Below, piece by piece: positions 15,752-24,554 of a stretch of 26,140 nucleotides of DNA. Position 1 is the first letter of the stretch; each line of letters opens with the position of its first letter. This DNA is from an uncultured Eubacteriales bacterium (GTDB taxonomy: Bacteria > Bacillota > Clostridia > Oscillospirales > Oscillospiraceae), in contig ONVR01000231.1 in NCBI GenBank assembly GCA_900321335.1, forward strand, positions 1-26,140, written 5' to 3'. The notes beneath the pieces are model-generated. The model did not search any database. It saw nothing but the letters and a program-made list of their open reading frames with translations, and was not told the origin of the DNA. Made by a program: the position numbers and the translations under genes.

Positions 15752-15815
15752 AAAATATCTGTAAACAAAAACGCACGCAACCAACTGCAAAAGAAAAGAC
15801 ACCGGAGGGGATAAT

Positions 15816-17060
15816 ATGATCAATGAAAACATCAGCATCGTCGAGCAGAAGGACCCCAAGATCGCGCGGGTACTGGCCCTGGAGCTCAAGCGCCAGCAGA
15901 ACAACCTGGAGCTGATCGCCTCGGAAAACCTGGTCAGCCCGGAGGTAATGGCAACCATGGGCAGCGTTCTGACCAACAAATACGCCGAGGGCTATCCCGG
16001 CAAGCGCTACTACGGCGGCTGTGAGTACGTGGATATGGCCGAGCGGATCTGCATCGACCGGGCCAAGGAGATCTTCGGGGCCAAGTTTGCAAACGTTCAG
16101 GCCCACAGCGGCTCTCAGGCCAACTTCTGTGTATACCTGGCCCTGTGCAAGCCCGGTGACACGGTCATGGGCATGGATCTGAAGATGGGCGGCCACCTGA
16201 CCCACGGCAGCAAGGCCAGCTTCTCCGGCAAGATGTACAACTCCGTTTTCTACGGCGTAGACCCGGAGACGGGGCTGATCGACTATGAGCAGGTCCGTCA
16301 GATGGCCCTGGAGCACAAGCCGAGAATGATCATCGCCGGCGCCTCCGCCTATCCCCGGATTATCGACTTCAAGAAGTTCTCCGAGATCGCCAAGGAGGTG
16401 GGCGCTTACCTGATGGTGGATATGGCCCACATCGCCGGCCTCGTGGCGGCGGGGGAGCATCCCAATCCCGTGCCCTACGCCGACGTGGTGACCACCACGA
16501 CCCATAAGACCATGCGCGGGCCTCGTGGCGGCATTATCCTGACCAATGACGAGCAGATTGCCAAAAAGATCGACAGCGCCATGTTCCCGGGCACCCAGGG
16601 TGGGCCGTTGATGCACATCATCGCCGCCAAGGCCGTGGCCATGGGGGAGGCGCTGCGCCCCGAGTTCAAGAAATACCAGGCCCAGATCGTGAAAAACGCC
16701 AAGGTCCTTGCCGAGACTTTGATGGAGGGCGGCGTGGATCTGGTCTCCGGCGGCACGGACAACCACCTGATGCTCATGGATCTGCGGAAGCTGAACATGA
16801 GCGGCCAGGAGCTGGAGGACCGGCTGGACCGGGTGCACATCACCGTCAACAAGAACACCGTCCCCGGCGACACCCGCCCCGCCTCCGAGACCTCCGGCGT
16901 CCGGCTTGGCACCCCCGCCGTGACTACCCGCGGCTTTAAGGAGAAGGAGATGAAGATCGTGGGCGATCTGATTCTCAAGGCCATCTTTGATTTTGATATG
17001 AGCCGCGGCGAGATCCTCTCCACCGTCGATGAGCTCTGCACCGAGTTCCCGCTGTATTGA
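15816..17060 (+). CDS. glyA: Serine hydroxymethyltransferase
   Basis: [34 protein letters not shown]-lysine motif [28 protein letters not shown]. Confidence 0.97.
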   Translation: MINENISIVEQKDPKIARVLALELKRQQNNLELIASENLVSPEVMATMGSVLTNKYAEGYPGKRYYGGCEYVDMAERICIDRAKEIFGAKFANVQAHSGSQANFCVYLALCKPGDTVMGMDLKMGGHLTHGSKASFSGKMYNSVFYGVDPETGLIDYEQVRQMALEHKPRMIIAGASAYPRIIDFKKFSEIAKEVGAYLMVDMAHIAGLVAAGEHPNPVPYADVVTTTTHKTMRGPRGGIILTNDEQIAKKIDSAMFPGTQGGPLMHIIAAKAVAMGEALRPEFKKYQAQIVKNAKVLAETLMEGGVDLVSGGTDNHLMLMDLRKLNMSGQELEDRLDRVHITVNKNTVPGDTRPASETSGVRLGTPAVTTRGFKEKEMKIVGDLILKAIFDFDMSRGEILSTVDELCTEFPLY

Positions 17061-17089
17061 TTGGATGAAAAATCCGGAAAGGTTTTCTA

Positions 17090-18217
17090 ATGAAAAGTTG
17101 TGAAAAATGCGGCATGATCTATGATGAGATCACAGGCGGCTGTCCCAACTGTGCCCGGCTGGACAGCCAGAGCAGTTTTGGCGGCACCTCCTGGCCTCTG
17201 CTCAAAACGTGGTTTTCTTCGCCGCTGACCCTGACCCTGGCGATCCTTGTCACCGTCGTTGCCGTGCTCAGCGCCATCGGCGGCGGTATCCCGCTGTTTC
17301 AGGTGCTCATCGCCATCGGACTGTGGATCGCCTATGCCGCGGCAAAAGCGTCCGACACGCGGATGTCTCCCACGGGTCTGAAGATGATCAGCGGCACCCT
17401 GAAGGCTGTGAAGATCATCCTCTGGGTGGCCGTCGGCCTGTGCGCCGTTTCGGCTGTGGTTATACTGGCATCTGCATCGTCCATTCCCGCCATTTCCGCG
17501 TATGACCTGTTTAACAGCCCCTACTTTTCCGTTGTACCGGAGGAGTATGCGTATTTGATCTACAACTTGCTGTCCGTCGTCACCGTTTCAGCCATGTTTA
17601 CGGTGCTGGGACTGATTGTGCTGGCGATTGCCGTGGTGTTGGCGCTGTTCAACGTCTTTTTCTACCGCAACGCCCACAAGCTGGCAAAGTCCGTCAGCGT
17701 CAGCTGTGAGACGGGGCTGTTGCGCCTTGCCAAACACTCCACGGTAAAGGCCTGGATGATCGTCTTCGCCGTGATCCAGTTTCTGACGGGCGCCTCGGGA
17801 ATCGTCAATTCCGACGGCATCACCGTGATCCAGTGGCTCTGCACCATCGCGCTGTATGTCATCGGCTTTATCTGGATGCGCAAGTATCTCGATCCCATTG
17901 CGGCGGGAGGGGCCCCGGCGCAGCCTGCAGCGGAGCAGGGGCCTGTGTACAATCCACCTGCGGCGGAGCAGCCGGCCGCGCCCCAGAACCCGCCGGAGGC
18001 CTTCGGGCAGGTACATACGCCCTTTGAGGCGGCGGGCCTGCAGCTGGGGGACGTGGCCGACCAGGCCGCGGAGCAGTTTACCGCCCCTGCAGAGCAGACT
18101 CCCGATACGATTCCGGATGCCCTTGACGCCCTCGACCAGGTGAAAGACGTGCTTGCGGACGACGGGGAGTCCGCCCCGGCGGAAGCCGCCGACGACAGCG
18201 AGCCGGAAGATCCGTAA
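17090..18217 (+). CDS. Hypothetical membrane protein with N-terminal CxxC-CxxC and acidic Pro/Ala-rich tail
   Basis: CEKC...CPNC, about six hydrophobic segments, low-complexity C-terminus. Starts 29 nt after glyA. Confidence 0.75.
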   Translation: MKSCEKCGMIYDEITGGCPNCARLDSQSSFGGTSWPLLKTWFSSPLTLTLAILVTVVAVLSAIGGGIPLFQVLIAIGLWIAYAAAKASDTRMSPTGLKMISGTLKAVKIILWVAVGLCAVSAVVILASASSIPAISAYDLFNSPYFSVVPEEYAYLIYNLLSVVTVSAMFTVLGLIVLAIAVVLALFNVFFYRNAHKLAKSVSVSCETGLLRLAKHSTVKAWMIVFAVIQFLTGASGIVNSDGITVIQWLCTIALYVIGFIWMRKYLDPIAAGGAPAQPAAEQGPVYNPPAAEQPAAPQNPPEAFGQVHTPFEAAGLQLGDVADQAAEQFTAPAEQTPDTIPDALDALDQVKDVLADDGESAPAEAADDSEPEDP

Positions 18218-18227
18218 AACATTTGAA

Positions 18228-18259
18228 AAAAAACGCCGTGCGCCTGCGCGGCGTTTTTT
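18228..18259 (+). terminator. Intrinsic terminator
   Basis: AAAAAACGCCGTGC-GCCT-GCGCGGCGTTTTTT. Confidence 0.8.
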
Positions 18260-18312
18260 CTGTATCCCGGGCTCCTGAAATCCTTTATTAATAAAGTGTT
18301 TACAAAAGACCG

Positions 18313-18341
18313 TTGCTATTTTTCGCCTTGTGCGGTATAAT
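18313..18341 (+). promoter_or_regulatory. sigma-A promoter of the cdaA-led gene run
   Basis: TTGCTA-17 nt-TATAAT. Confidence 0.65.
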
Positions 18342-18393
18342 ATAATTCCGAAAATTGGGCAGTTATGCCCGTGGGCAAGGAGATGATCATTTT

Positions 18394-19275
18394 ATGGCAA
18401 GTATTATTGACAAACTGCAGTCCATGAACGTTCTGCAATATGTCAGCAATGTTGTCTCCACCATGGTCATATGGGATTATATCGATATTCTCGTCATCAC
18501 CTACGTGATCTACAAGGTCATTACCTTTATGCGCAAGTCAAGCTCCGCGGCCACCGTCAAGGGAATCATCTTCCTGGTCGTGGTGCTTTGGCTTTCCAAT
18601 CTGCTGAACCTGAACATGGTCAACTATCTTCTGGGGAAGACCATGGACTGGGGCATCATCGCGCTGATCATCATATTCCACCCCGAGCTTCGCAAATTCC
18701 TGAGCAATTTCGGCAACAACAGGCTGCTGTCCACCATGTTCGGCAAGCAGGTCAGCCAGGAGCAGATGGAAAAAGCCATCAACAACGTGATCCTGGCCTG
18801 CGAGGGCATGTCTGAGGCCAAGACCGGCGCGCTGATCGTCTTTGAGCGGTACACCATGCTGGACGATTACTGCCGTCACGGTACGGAGATCGACGCCAAC
18901 ATCACGCCGGAGCTGATCAAAAACATTTTCTTCCACAATTCGCCGCTGCATGACGGCGCCATGATCATCCGCAACGGGCGGATCGTGGCGGCGGGGTGCA
19001 TGCTTCCCATGTCCTCCAATCCCAATATCAGCAAGGATCTGGGCATGCGCCACCGGGCCGGTATCGGCATGAGCGAGCAGACGGACGCCGTGGTGGTCAT
19101 CGTCTCAGAGGAGACGGGGGCAATCTCCGTGGCCATTGATGGCATGCTCAAGCGGAAGATGGACGCGGATACGGCGGCAAAGCTCCTGCGGGTGGAACTG
19201 CTGCCCGATACGGAGAAAAAGTCCATCCGCACGAAAGTGAAAGACAGACTGAGGGTAAACAAAAATGGGGAATAA
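18394..19275 (+). CDS. cdaA: Diadenylate cyclase CdaA (DacA)
   Basis: N-terminal TM segments and intact DAC motifs SPLHDGAMII and LGMRHRA, plus VVIVSEETG. Confidence 0.93.
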   Translation: MASIIDKLQSMNVLQYVSNVVSTMVIWDYIDILVITYVIYKVITFMRKSSSAATVKGIIFLVVVLWLSNLLNLNMVNYLLGKTMDWGIIALIIIFHPELRKFLSNFGNNRLLSTMFGKQVSQEQMEKAINNVILACEGMSEAKTGALIVFERYTMLDDYCRHGTEIDANITPELIKNIFFHNSPLHDGAMIIRNGRIVAAGCMLPMSSNPNISKDLGMRHRAGIGMSEQTDAVVVIVSEETGAISVAIDGMLKRKMDADTAAKLLRVELLPDTEKKSIRTKVKDRLRVNKNGE

Positions 19276-20563
19276 GCAGGAGAAACGATTTACGGGACAA
19301 AAGCTGCTTTACATGCTCTTTGCCCTTCTCACAGCCATTGTGCTTTGGCTGTATGTGTCCATCGCGGATATGCCGGATATCACCCGGACCGTCAGCGGCA
19401 TTAAAGTTGAGACCATCGGCGCCGAGACCCTTACCGAGCGCAATCTTGTGGCCACAAAGCTCAGCCGGGAGACCGTGTCCATCACCTTCAAGGGGTCACG
19501 GGAGCAGATCTACGAGCTGGACAACACCAACGTCAAGGTGGTCATCGACCTGTCCAACATCACCACCAGCGGCCAGCAGGGTATCCGCGCCTATCCGGAG
19601 TATGACCAGAAGCTCAAGACCTCCTCTCTGAGTGTGGTGAGCATATCCTCGGACTACATCGAGGTCACCGTTGAAAACGTGGTGCCCAAAAACGTGGTCG
19701 TCCGGGGCGTGAACGAGGGCAGCGTGGCGGACGGCTACATCGCCAACCGCATGACGGTTGCGCCGGAAACCATTGACATCGTCGGCCCGGAGTCCGTGAT
19801 CAAGCAGGTGGCCTATGCCCAGGCCGTATTCAGCGAGACGAATCTGACGGGCTCCACCAGTGTGGATACCCCGGTGGTCCTGATGGATACCAACGACGAG
19901 CCGGTGAGTATGGACAACATCACCCTGAGCAGTGAGACCGTTACCCTGTCCATGCAGGTCAATATGCTCAAGAACATCCCCCTTACCGTCAATTTCGTCT
20001 ACGGAGCGGGAACAACAGCGGACAACAACACCGTCTCGTATAAGATCGAGCCCGCGTCGGTGGAACTCAGCGGCGACACGGCTGTTCTGCAGGAGCTGGA
20101 GTCCATCGTCACGACGACCGTGGATCTGAATCAGTTTGAATCCACCACGGAACTGACCGTTCCCATCATGATCCCCAACGATTGCGAGAACCTGACCGGC
20201 ACCGCGGAGGCGACCATCACCGTGGAGATTTCCAACCTGGAGACGGCCAAGCTCTCGGTGAAAAACATCAGCATCACAAACGACGACACCTCTCTGAGCA
20301 CCGAGGTGATCACCCAGAGCCTTGACGTCACCCTTCGGGGCACCGCGGAGGACCTGGCCAAGGTCACCGCGGACAACGTGCGCATCGTGGCCGATCTGAC
20401 CGACGTGAAGAGCACCATCGGCACCCACGCCGTTCCCGCCAAGATTAACGTGGACGGAGTCAGCGGCGTCGGCGCCATCGGCAACAACACCGTCACCGTG
20501 CGTATTGCGGAAAAGAGCGCCGCCACAGCGGATACCGCTGACGAGACGGCCGACGGAACGTAA
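19265..20563 (+). CDS. cdaR: CdaR (YbbR-like repeat) regulator of CdaA
   Basis: One N-terminal TM (LFALLTAIVLWLYVS), repeated beta-rich YbbR-type segments (V.I.G, P..V.I.G). Overlaps cdaA. Confidence 0.88.
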   Translation: MGNKQEKRFTGQKLLYMLFALLTAIVLWLYVSIADMPDITRTVSGIKVETIGAETLTERNLVATKLSRETVSITFKGSREQIYELDNTNVKVVIDLSNITTSGQQGIRAYPEYDQKLKTSSLSVVSISSDYIEVTVENVVPKNVVVRGVNEGSVADGYIANRMTVAPETIDIVGPESVIKQVAYAQAVFSETNLTGSTSVDTPVVLMDTNDEPVSMDNITLSSETVTLSMQVNMLKNIPLTVNFVYGAGTTADNNTVSYKIEPASVELSGDTAVLQELESIVTTTVDLNQFESTTELTVPIMIPNDCENLTGTAEATITVEISNLETAKLSVKNISITNDDTSLSTEVITQSLDVTLRGTAEDLAKVTADNVRIVADLTDVKSTIGTHAVPAKINVDGVSGVGAIGNNTVTVRIAEKSAATADTADETADGT

Positions 20564-20564
20564 G

Positions 20565-21452
20565 ATGTTCGGGTACATACGTCCGGCCTATCCGGAGCTG
20601 AAGCTTCGGGAATACGAGGCGTACCGGGCCTGTTACTGCGGCCTTTGCCGCGCTTTGGGCAGTCGGTACGGTCTGGCGGCCAGGATGATCCTCAACTACG
20701 ATTTTGTCCTTCTGGTGATGCTCTTGTGGCAGCCTGACGAGCCGGTGCGTTTTGCAAACGCCCGATGTCCCGTCAAGCTCTGCCGGAAGCGGCCCTATTG
20801 CCGCAGCTGCGCCGCCATGGAGAAAAGCGCCGCCATGAGTGTGATCCTGGCCTACCACAAGCTTCGGGACGACGTGCGGGACGGCGGCCTCTGGAAGCGC
20901 CTGGGCGCCCGTGCCGCTTCCCGTCTGCTCCGGCGGGCCTACCGGAAGGCGGCGGGGGAGGAGCCGGACTTTGACCGCCGGGTGCGGCAGAGCCTGGACG
21001 CCCTTACCGCCCTGGAGACGGCGGGGGAGACCTCCCTGGACAGGACGGCGGATACCTTTGCCGGCCTGCTGTCGGCTGCCGCTGCTGACCAGACCCCGGA
21101 CAGCCGGCGCCGCGCCATGGAGCAGACCCTGTATCACGTGGGACGCTTTATCTACATCCTGGATGCCTGGGACGATCTGACGGAGGATCTGGCCGGGGGT
21201 GGGTACAATCCCGTGGCCGCCCGGTACGGACTGACCCGTCCGCCCCTGCCGGAAACGGCGGCGGGCGAGCTGGAAACGACGCTGACCCACTCACGAAACC
21301 TTGCCGGGGCCGCCTTTGAGCTGCTGCCGGACAACCCGTGGACGGGAACGGTGCGGAATATCATCGCCTGGGGCATGCCCGCGATCTGCGGCGAGGTGCG
21401 CTCCGGCCGTTACAAAAAATCAAAAAACAGACGAGGGAACAAGAGCCAATGA
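20565..21452 (+). CDS. DUF5685-family protein
   Basis: N-terminus MFGYIRP...[18 protein letters not shown]...LNYD recognised as DUF5685-like. Two Asp-rich motifs. Confidence 0.75.
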   Translation: MFGYIRPAYPELKLREYEAYRACYCGLCRALGSRYGLAARMILNYDFVLLVMLLWQPDEPVRFANARCPVKLCRKRPYCRSCAAMEKSAAMSVILAYHKLRDDVRDGGLWKRLGARAASRLLRRAYRKAAGEEPDFDRRVRQSLDALTALETAGETSLDRTADTFAGLLSAAAADQTPDSRRRAMEQTLYHVGRFIYILDAWDDLTEDLAGGGYNPVAARYGLTRPPLPETAAGELETTLTHSRNLAGAAFELLPDNPWTGTVRNIIAWGMPAICGEVRSGRYKKSKNRRGNKSQ

Positions 21453-22054
21453 CAAATCCTTACAGCGTGCTTGGGGTATCTCCCAGCGCCACGGACGACG
21501 AGATCAAAAAAGCCTATCGGGAGCTTGCCCGGAAATACCACCCGGACAACTATCACGACAATCCCCTGGCGGATCTGGCGTCGGAAAAAATGAAAGAGAT
21601 CAACGAGGCCTATGACGAGATCACCCGTCAGCGCGCCGACGGCGGGTCTGCCGGAGCCGGCAGTACGGGCTACGGCGGCTACAGCGGCGGCTACGGTTCC
21701 GGCGCCGGTACGACGCCGGAACTCCAGCGGGTGCGCGCCGCCATCAACGCGGGCAATCTGGATCTGGCCGAGCAGCTGCTCAACAGCCAGTCCACCCGCA
21801 GCGCGGAGTGGTACTTTCTCATGGGCAGCGTCTATTATCGCCGGGGCTGGCTGGACGAGGCCAGACGGTACTTCCAGTCCGCCGCGCAGATGGACCCCGC
21901 CAACGGGGAGTATGCCCAGGCCCTGTCCATGATGAACAGCGCCGGCCGGGCCTACCGGCCCTACGGCACCACGGATATGACCAGCGGCGGCTGTGATATG
22001 TGCGACGTCTGCTCCGCGCTTATGTGCATGAACATGTGCTGTAACTGCAGGTGA
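21449..22054 (+). CDS. J-domain (DnaJ-like) protein with TPR-like helices and a Cys-rich tail
   Basis: NPYSVLGV...[15 protein letters not shown] (intact HPD), Gly-rich linker, AEWYFLMG...DPANGEY, C-terminal [24 protein letters not shown] overlap with the upstream gene. Confidence 0.88.
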   Translation: MTNPYSVLGVSPSATDDEIKKAYRELARKYHPDNYHDNPLADLASEKMKEINEAYDEITRQRADGGSAGAGSTGYGGYSGGYGSGAGTTPELQRVRAAINAGNLDLAEQLLNSQSTRSAEWYFLMGSVYYRRGWLDEARRYFQSAAQMDPANGEYAQALSMMNSAGRAYRPYGTTDMTSGGCDMCDVCSALMCMNMCCNCR

Positions 22055-22057
22055 GCC

Positions 22058-22573
22058 ATGACCCGCCGAACAAAGTCGCTTACCGTAACCGCCGTTGCCG
22101 CCGCTTTGAGCGTCGTGCTTCTGTATCTGGGCAGTCTGTTTCCCACGGGACAGGCCGGGTTTGCCGCGGTCGCCTGTCTGCTGGGCATTGCCGTGGTCAT
22201 CGCCTGCGGCCTGGGGTGGGGCGTCCTGCATTACGTGGCGGCAGGGGCGCTGGCCCTTCTGCTGCTGCCGGACAAGACCGTCGCCCTGCTCTACGCGGTT
22301 TTCTTCGGGTACTATCCGGTGATCAAAAGCCTTGCCGAAAGGTGCCATGGCCGCCCGTTGGAGTGGGGGATCAAGCTGGCCGTGTTCAATGCCGCACTGA
22401 CGGTGCTTCTTTTTGCGCTTCGGGCCGCATTTCTGCCGGAGCGGGCCGCGGACCTTCCCACAGCGGCGGTCTATCTCCTTTTGAACGTTGTTTTTGTTGT
22501 CTTCGATATTGGGCTTTCCCGCCTGATCGTCTTTTATGAAAACCGTATCGCAAAGTATTTGAAAAAGAGGTAA
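22058..22573 (+). CDS. Hypothetical integral membrane protein
   Basis: About five hydrophobic segments, FFGYYPVIK motif, tight spacing within the gene run. Confidence 0.75.
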   Translation: MTRRTKSLTVTAVAAALSVVLLYLGSLFPTGQAGFAAVACLLGIAVVIACGLGWGVLHYVAAGALALLLLPDKTVALLYAVFFGYYPVIKSLAERCHGRPLEWGIKLAVFNAALTVLLFALRAAFLPERAADLPTAAVYLLLNVVFVVFDIGLSRLIVFYENRIAKYLKKR

Positions 22574-22579
22574 TTTCGT

Positions 22580-23458
22580 ATGATCAAAAGCATGACCGGA
22601 TACGGCAGCGCCTCCGGCACCTCCGATAAGCTGGGGATCAAAATCGAGCTTCGCAGCGTGAACAACCGCTACCTGGACTGCAGCATCCGGATCCCGCGGG
22701 TCTACACGGCACTGGAGGACGGCATGAAGGCGCTGATCCAGAAAACCGTCACCCGTGGCAAAGTGGACGTCTACGTGACCCTGGACGCCTCCCGGGCGGA
22801 CGACACGGTGATCTCCGTCAACAAGCCCCTGGCTCAGGCCTATGTCGACGCTATCGGGGAGCTTGCCCAGTTCATTGAGATGAAAAACGATCTGACCGCT
22901 TACGCCCTGTCCCGCCTGCCCGACGTGCTGACAGTGGAGAAAAAGCAGGCCGACACGGATCAGCTTGCCCGGGACGTCAACGGGATCCTCGCCGAGGCCC
23001 TTGCGGACTACGACCGGATGCGCGCCGCGGAAGGGGAGAAGATGCACGACGATATCAGCGCCCGGCTGGACAGCATCGAGGGCTTTGTCAGTCAGGTGGA
23101 GCAGCGCTCCCCCCAGACCGTCCGGGAGTACCGGGAGCGGCTGCTGGCGAAGATGCGGGACGTGCTGGGCAACAGCAGCCTGGACGAGAACCGGATCCTG
23201 CTGGAGGCCGCCATCTACGCCGACAAGGTCGCCGTGGATGAGGAGACCGTCCGCCTGCGCAGTCACATCAGCCAGATGCGGACCATGATTGAATCCTGCG
23301 AGCCCATCGGCAGAAAGCTGGACTTTCTGGTGCAGGAGATGAACCGGGAGGCCAACACCATCGGCTCCAAGTGTACCGATCTTGCCATCACCGGGATCGT
23401 GGTGGAGATCAAGGGCGAGATCGAAAAGATCCGCGAGCAGATCCAGAACGTGGAATGA
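22580..23458 (+). CDS. yloC: YicC/YloC-family endoribonuclease
   Basis: [61 protein letters not shown]. Confidence 0.93.
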   Translation: MIKSMTGYGSASGTSDKLGIKIELRSVNNRYLDCSIRIPRVYTALEDGMKALIQKTVTRGKVDVYVTLDASRADDTVISVNKPLAQAYVDAIGELAQFIEMKNDLTAYALSRLPDVLTVEKKQADTDQLARDVNGILAEALADYDRMRAAEGEKMHDDISARLDSIEGFVSQVEQRSPQTVREYRERLLAKMRDVLGNSSLDENRILLEAAIYADKVAVDEETVRLRSHISQMRTMIESCEPIGRKLDFLVQEMNREANTIGSKCTDLAITGIVVEIKGEIEKIREQIQNVE

Positions 23459-23471
23459 GAGGGGACGGAAG

Positions 23472-23744
23472 ATGAAGCTCATCAACATCGGGTTCGGCAA
23501 CATGGTGGCCGCCGGCAGGATCGTCGCCGTGGTCGCCCCGGACTCCGCGCCCATCAAGCGTCTGATCTCCGACTCCCGGGACAAGGACTCGCTCATCGAC
23601 GCCACTTACGGCAGAAGGACCCGGGCCGTGATCGTCACGGACTGCGGCTTCGTGATTCTCTCCGCACTGCAGCCGGAAACCGTTGCCGGCAGAATGACGG
23701 GCAAAGCGGAAACGCCCGCGCAGGAGGAATTGGAAGATGAATAA
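23472..23744 (+). CDS. remA: RemA / DUF370 family protein
   Basis: [12 protein letters not shown]...SAPIKRLI...[14 protein letters not shown]...LSALQPETV. Confidence 0.9.
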   Translation: MKLINIGFGNMVAAGRIVAVVAPDSAPIKRLISDSRDKDSLIDATYGRRTRAVIVTDCGFVILSALQPETVAGRMTGKAETPAQEELEDE

Positions 23745-24297
23745 AAAGGGTAAGCTGTATATCATATCCGCCCCTTCGGGAACGGGGAAAAGCACGGTGA
23801 TCCGGGAGCTTCTCAAGAAAAAGGACAACGCCTTTTTCTCCGTCTCCGCCACTACCCGGGAGCCCCGGGAGGGAGAGGTCAACGGCGTCAACTACTGGTT
23901 TTTGACCCGGCCGGAATTTGAGCGCATGGTGGAGGAAGGCGCCTTTCTGGAGCACGCCCAGTACGTGGGAAATTATTACGGCACGCCCCTGCAGCCCATT
24001 TTGGACAGTATGGCGGCGGGCAACGATGCCATACTGGACATTGAGGTCCAGGGCTTCCGGCAGATCAAGCAGAAGATGCCCGAAGCCGTCTCCATTTTTA
24101 TCGTGCCGCCCAGCATGGAAGAGCTGGAGCGCCGGCTGCGCAGCCGGGGCACCGACTCGGAGGAGCGGATCCGCCAGCGGCTTGCCCAGGCGGAGCGGGA
24201 ACTGGAAATGGCGCCCTTTTATGACAAGGTCGTGACCAACGACGTTGTGCAGCGAGTGACCGACGAGATCCTCGCTTTTATGGATCAATCCCGATAA
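23737..24297 (+). CDS. gmk: Guanylate kinase
   Basis: P-loop [48 protein letters not shown]. Confidence 0.95.
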   Translation: MNKKGKLYIISAPSGTGKSTVIRELLKKKDNAFFSVSATTREPREGEVNGVNYWFLTRPEFERMVEEGAFLEHAQYVGNYYGTPLQPILDSMAAGNDAILDIEVQGFRQIKQKMPEAVSIFIVPPSMEELERRLRSRGTDSEERIRQRLAQAERELEMAPFYDKVVTNDVVQRVTDEILAFMDQSR

Positions 24298-24333
24298 TTC
24301 GGTTTTTGAAATTTTTATTCGAGGTGTTTTGTT

Positions 24334-24534
24334 ATGATGTTATATCCTTCTCTTCCTGAACTGTTAAAGCATGTCAACAGCCGTTACATGCTGGTCAACG
24401 CCATCGCCCACAGAGCCCGTGAACTGGAGGCGGAGGCGGAGCGCACGGAGACGCCCATGGAGAAAAAGGCCGTTTCCTGCGCCATTGATGAGATCGCAAG
24501 CGGCAAGTATGAGGTACACTACACCGAGCAGTGA
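24334..24534 (+). CDS. rpoZ: RNA polymerase omega subunit
   Basis: MLYPS...NSRYMLVNAIAHRAREL...KAVSCAIDEI, in the usual position after gmk. Confidence 0.88.
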   Translation: MMLYPSLPELLKHVNSRYMLVNAIAHRARELEAEAERTETPMEKKAVSCAIDEIASGKYEVHYTEQ

Positions 24535-24554
24535 GCGCGGACCTGGGGGATATC

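Noticed and set aside
15611-15979. N-terminal extension making pncB 605 aa
   Set aside because: It crosses the divergent promoters and the start of glyA. Family similarity and an RBS begin at ATG 15610.
21410-23605. 731-aa minus-strand ORF and other long antisense ORFs (1338-2138, 2882-3946, 15729-16838, 19496-20578)
   Set aside because: They lie opposite well-supported genes, show no recognisable motifs, and are the expected shadow of GC-rich codon bias.
24291-24308. Hairpin CCGA-TAAT-TCGG plus T5 at the gmk stop as a terminator
   Set aside because: A 4-bp stem is too weak to call with confidence.
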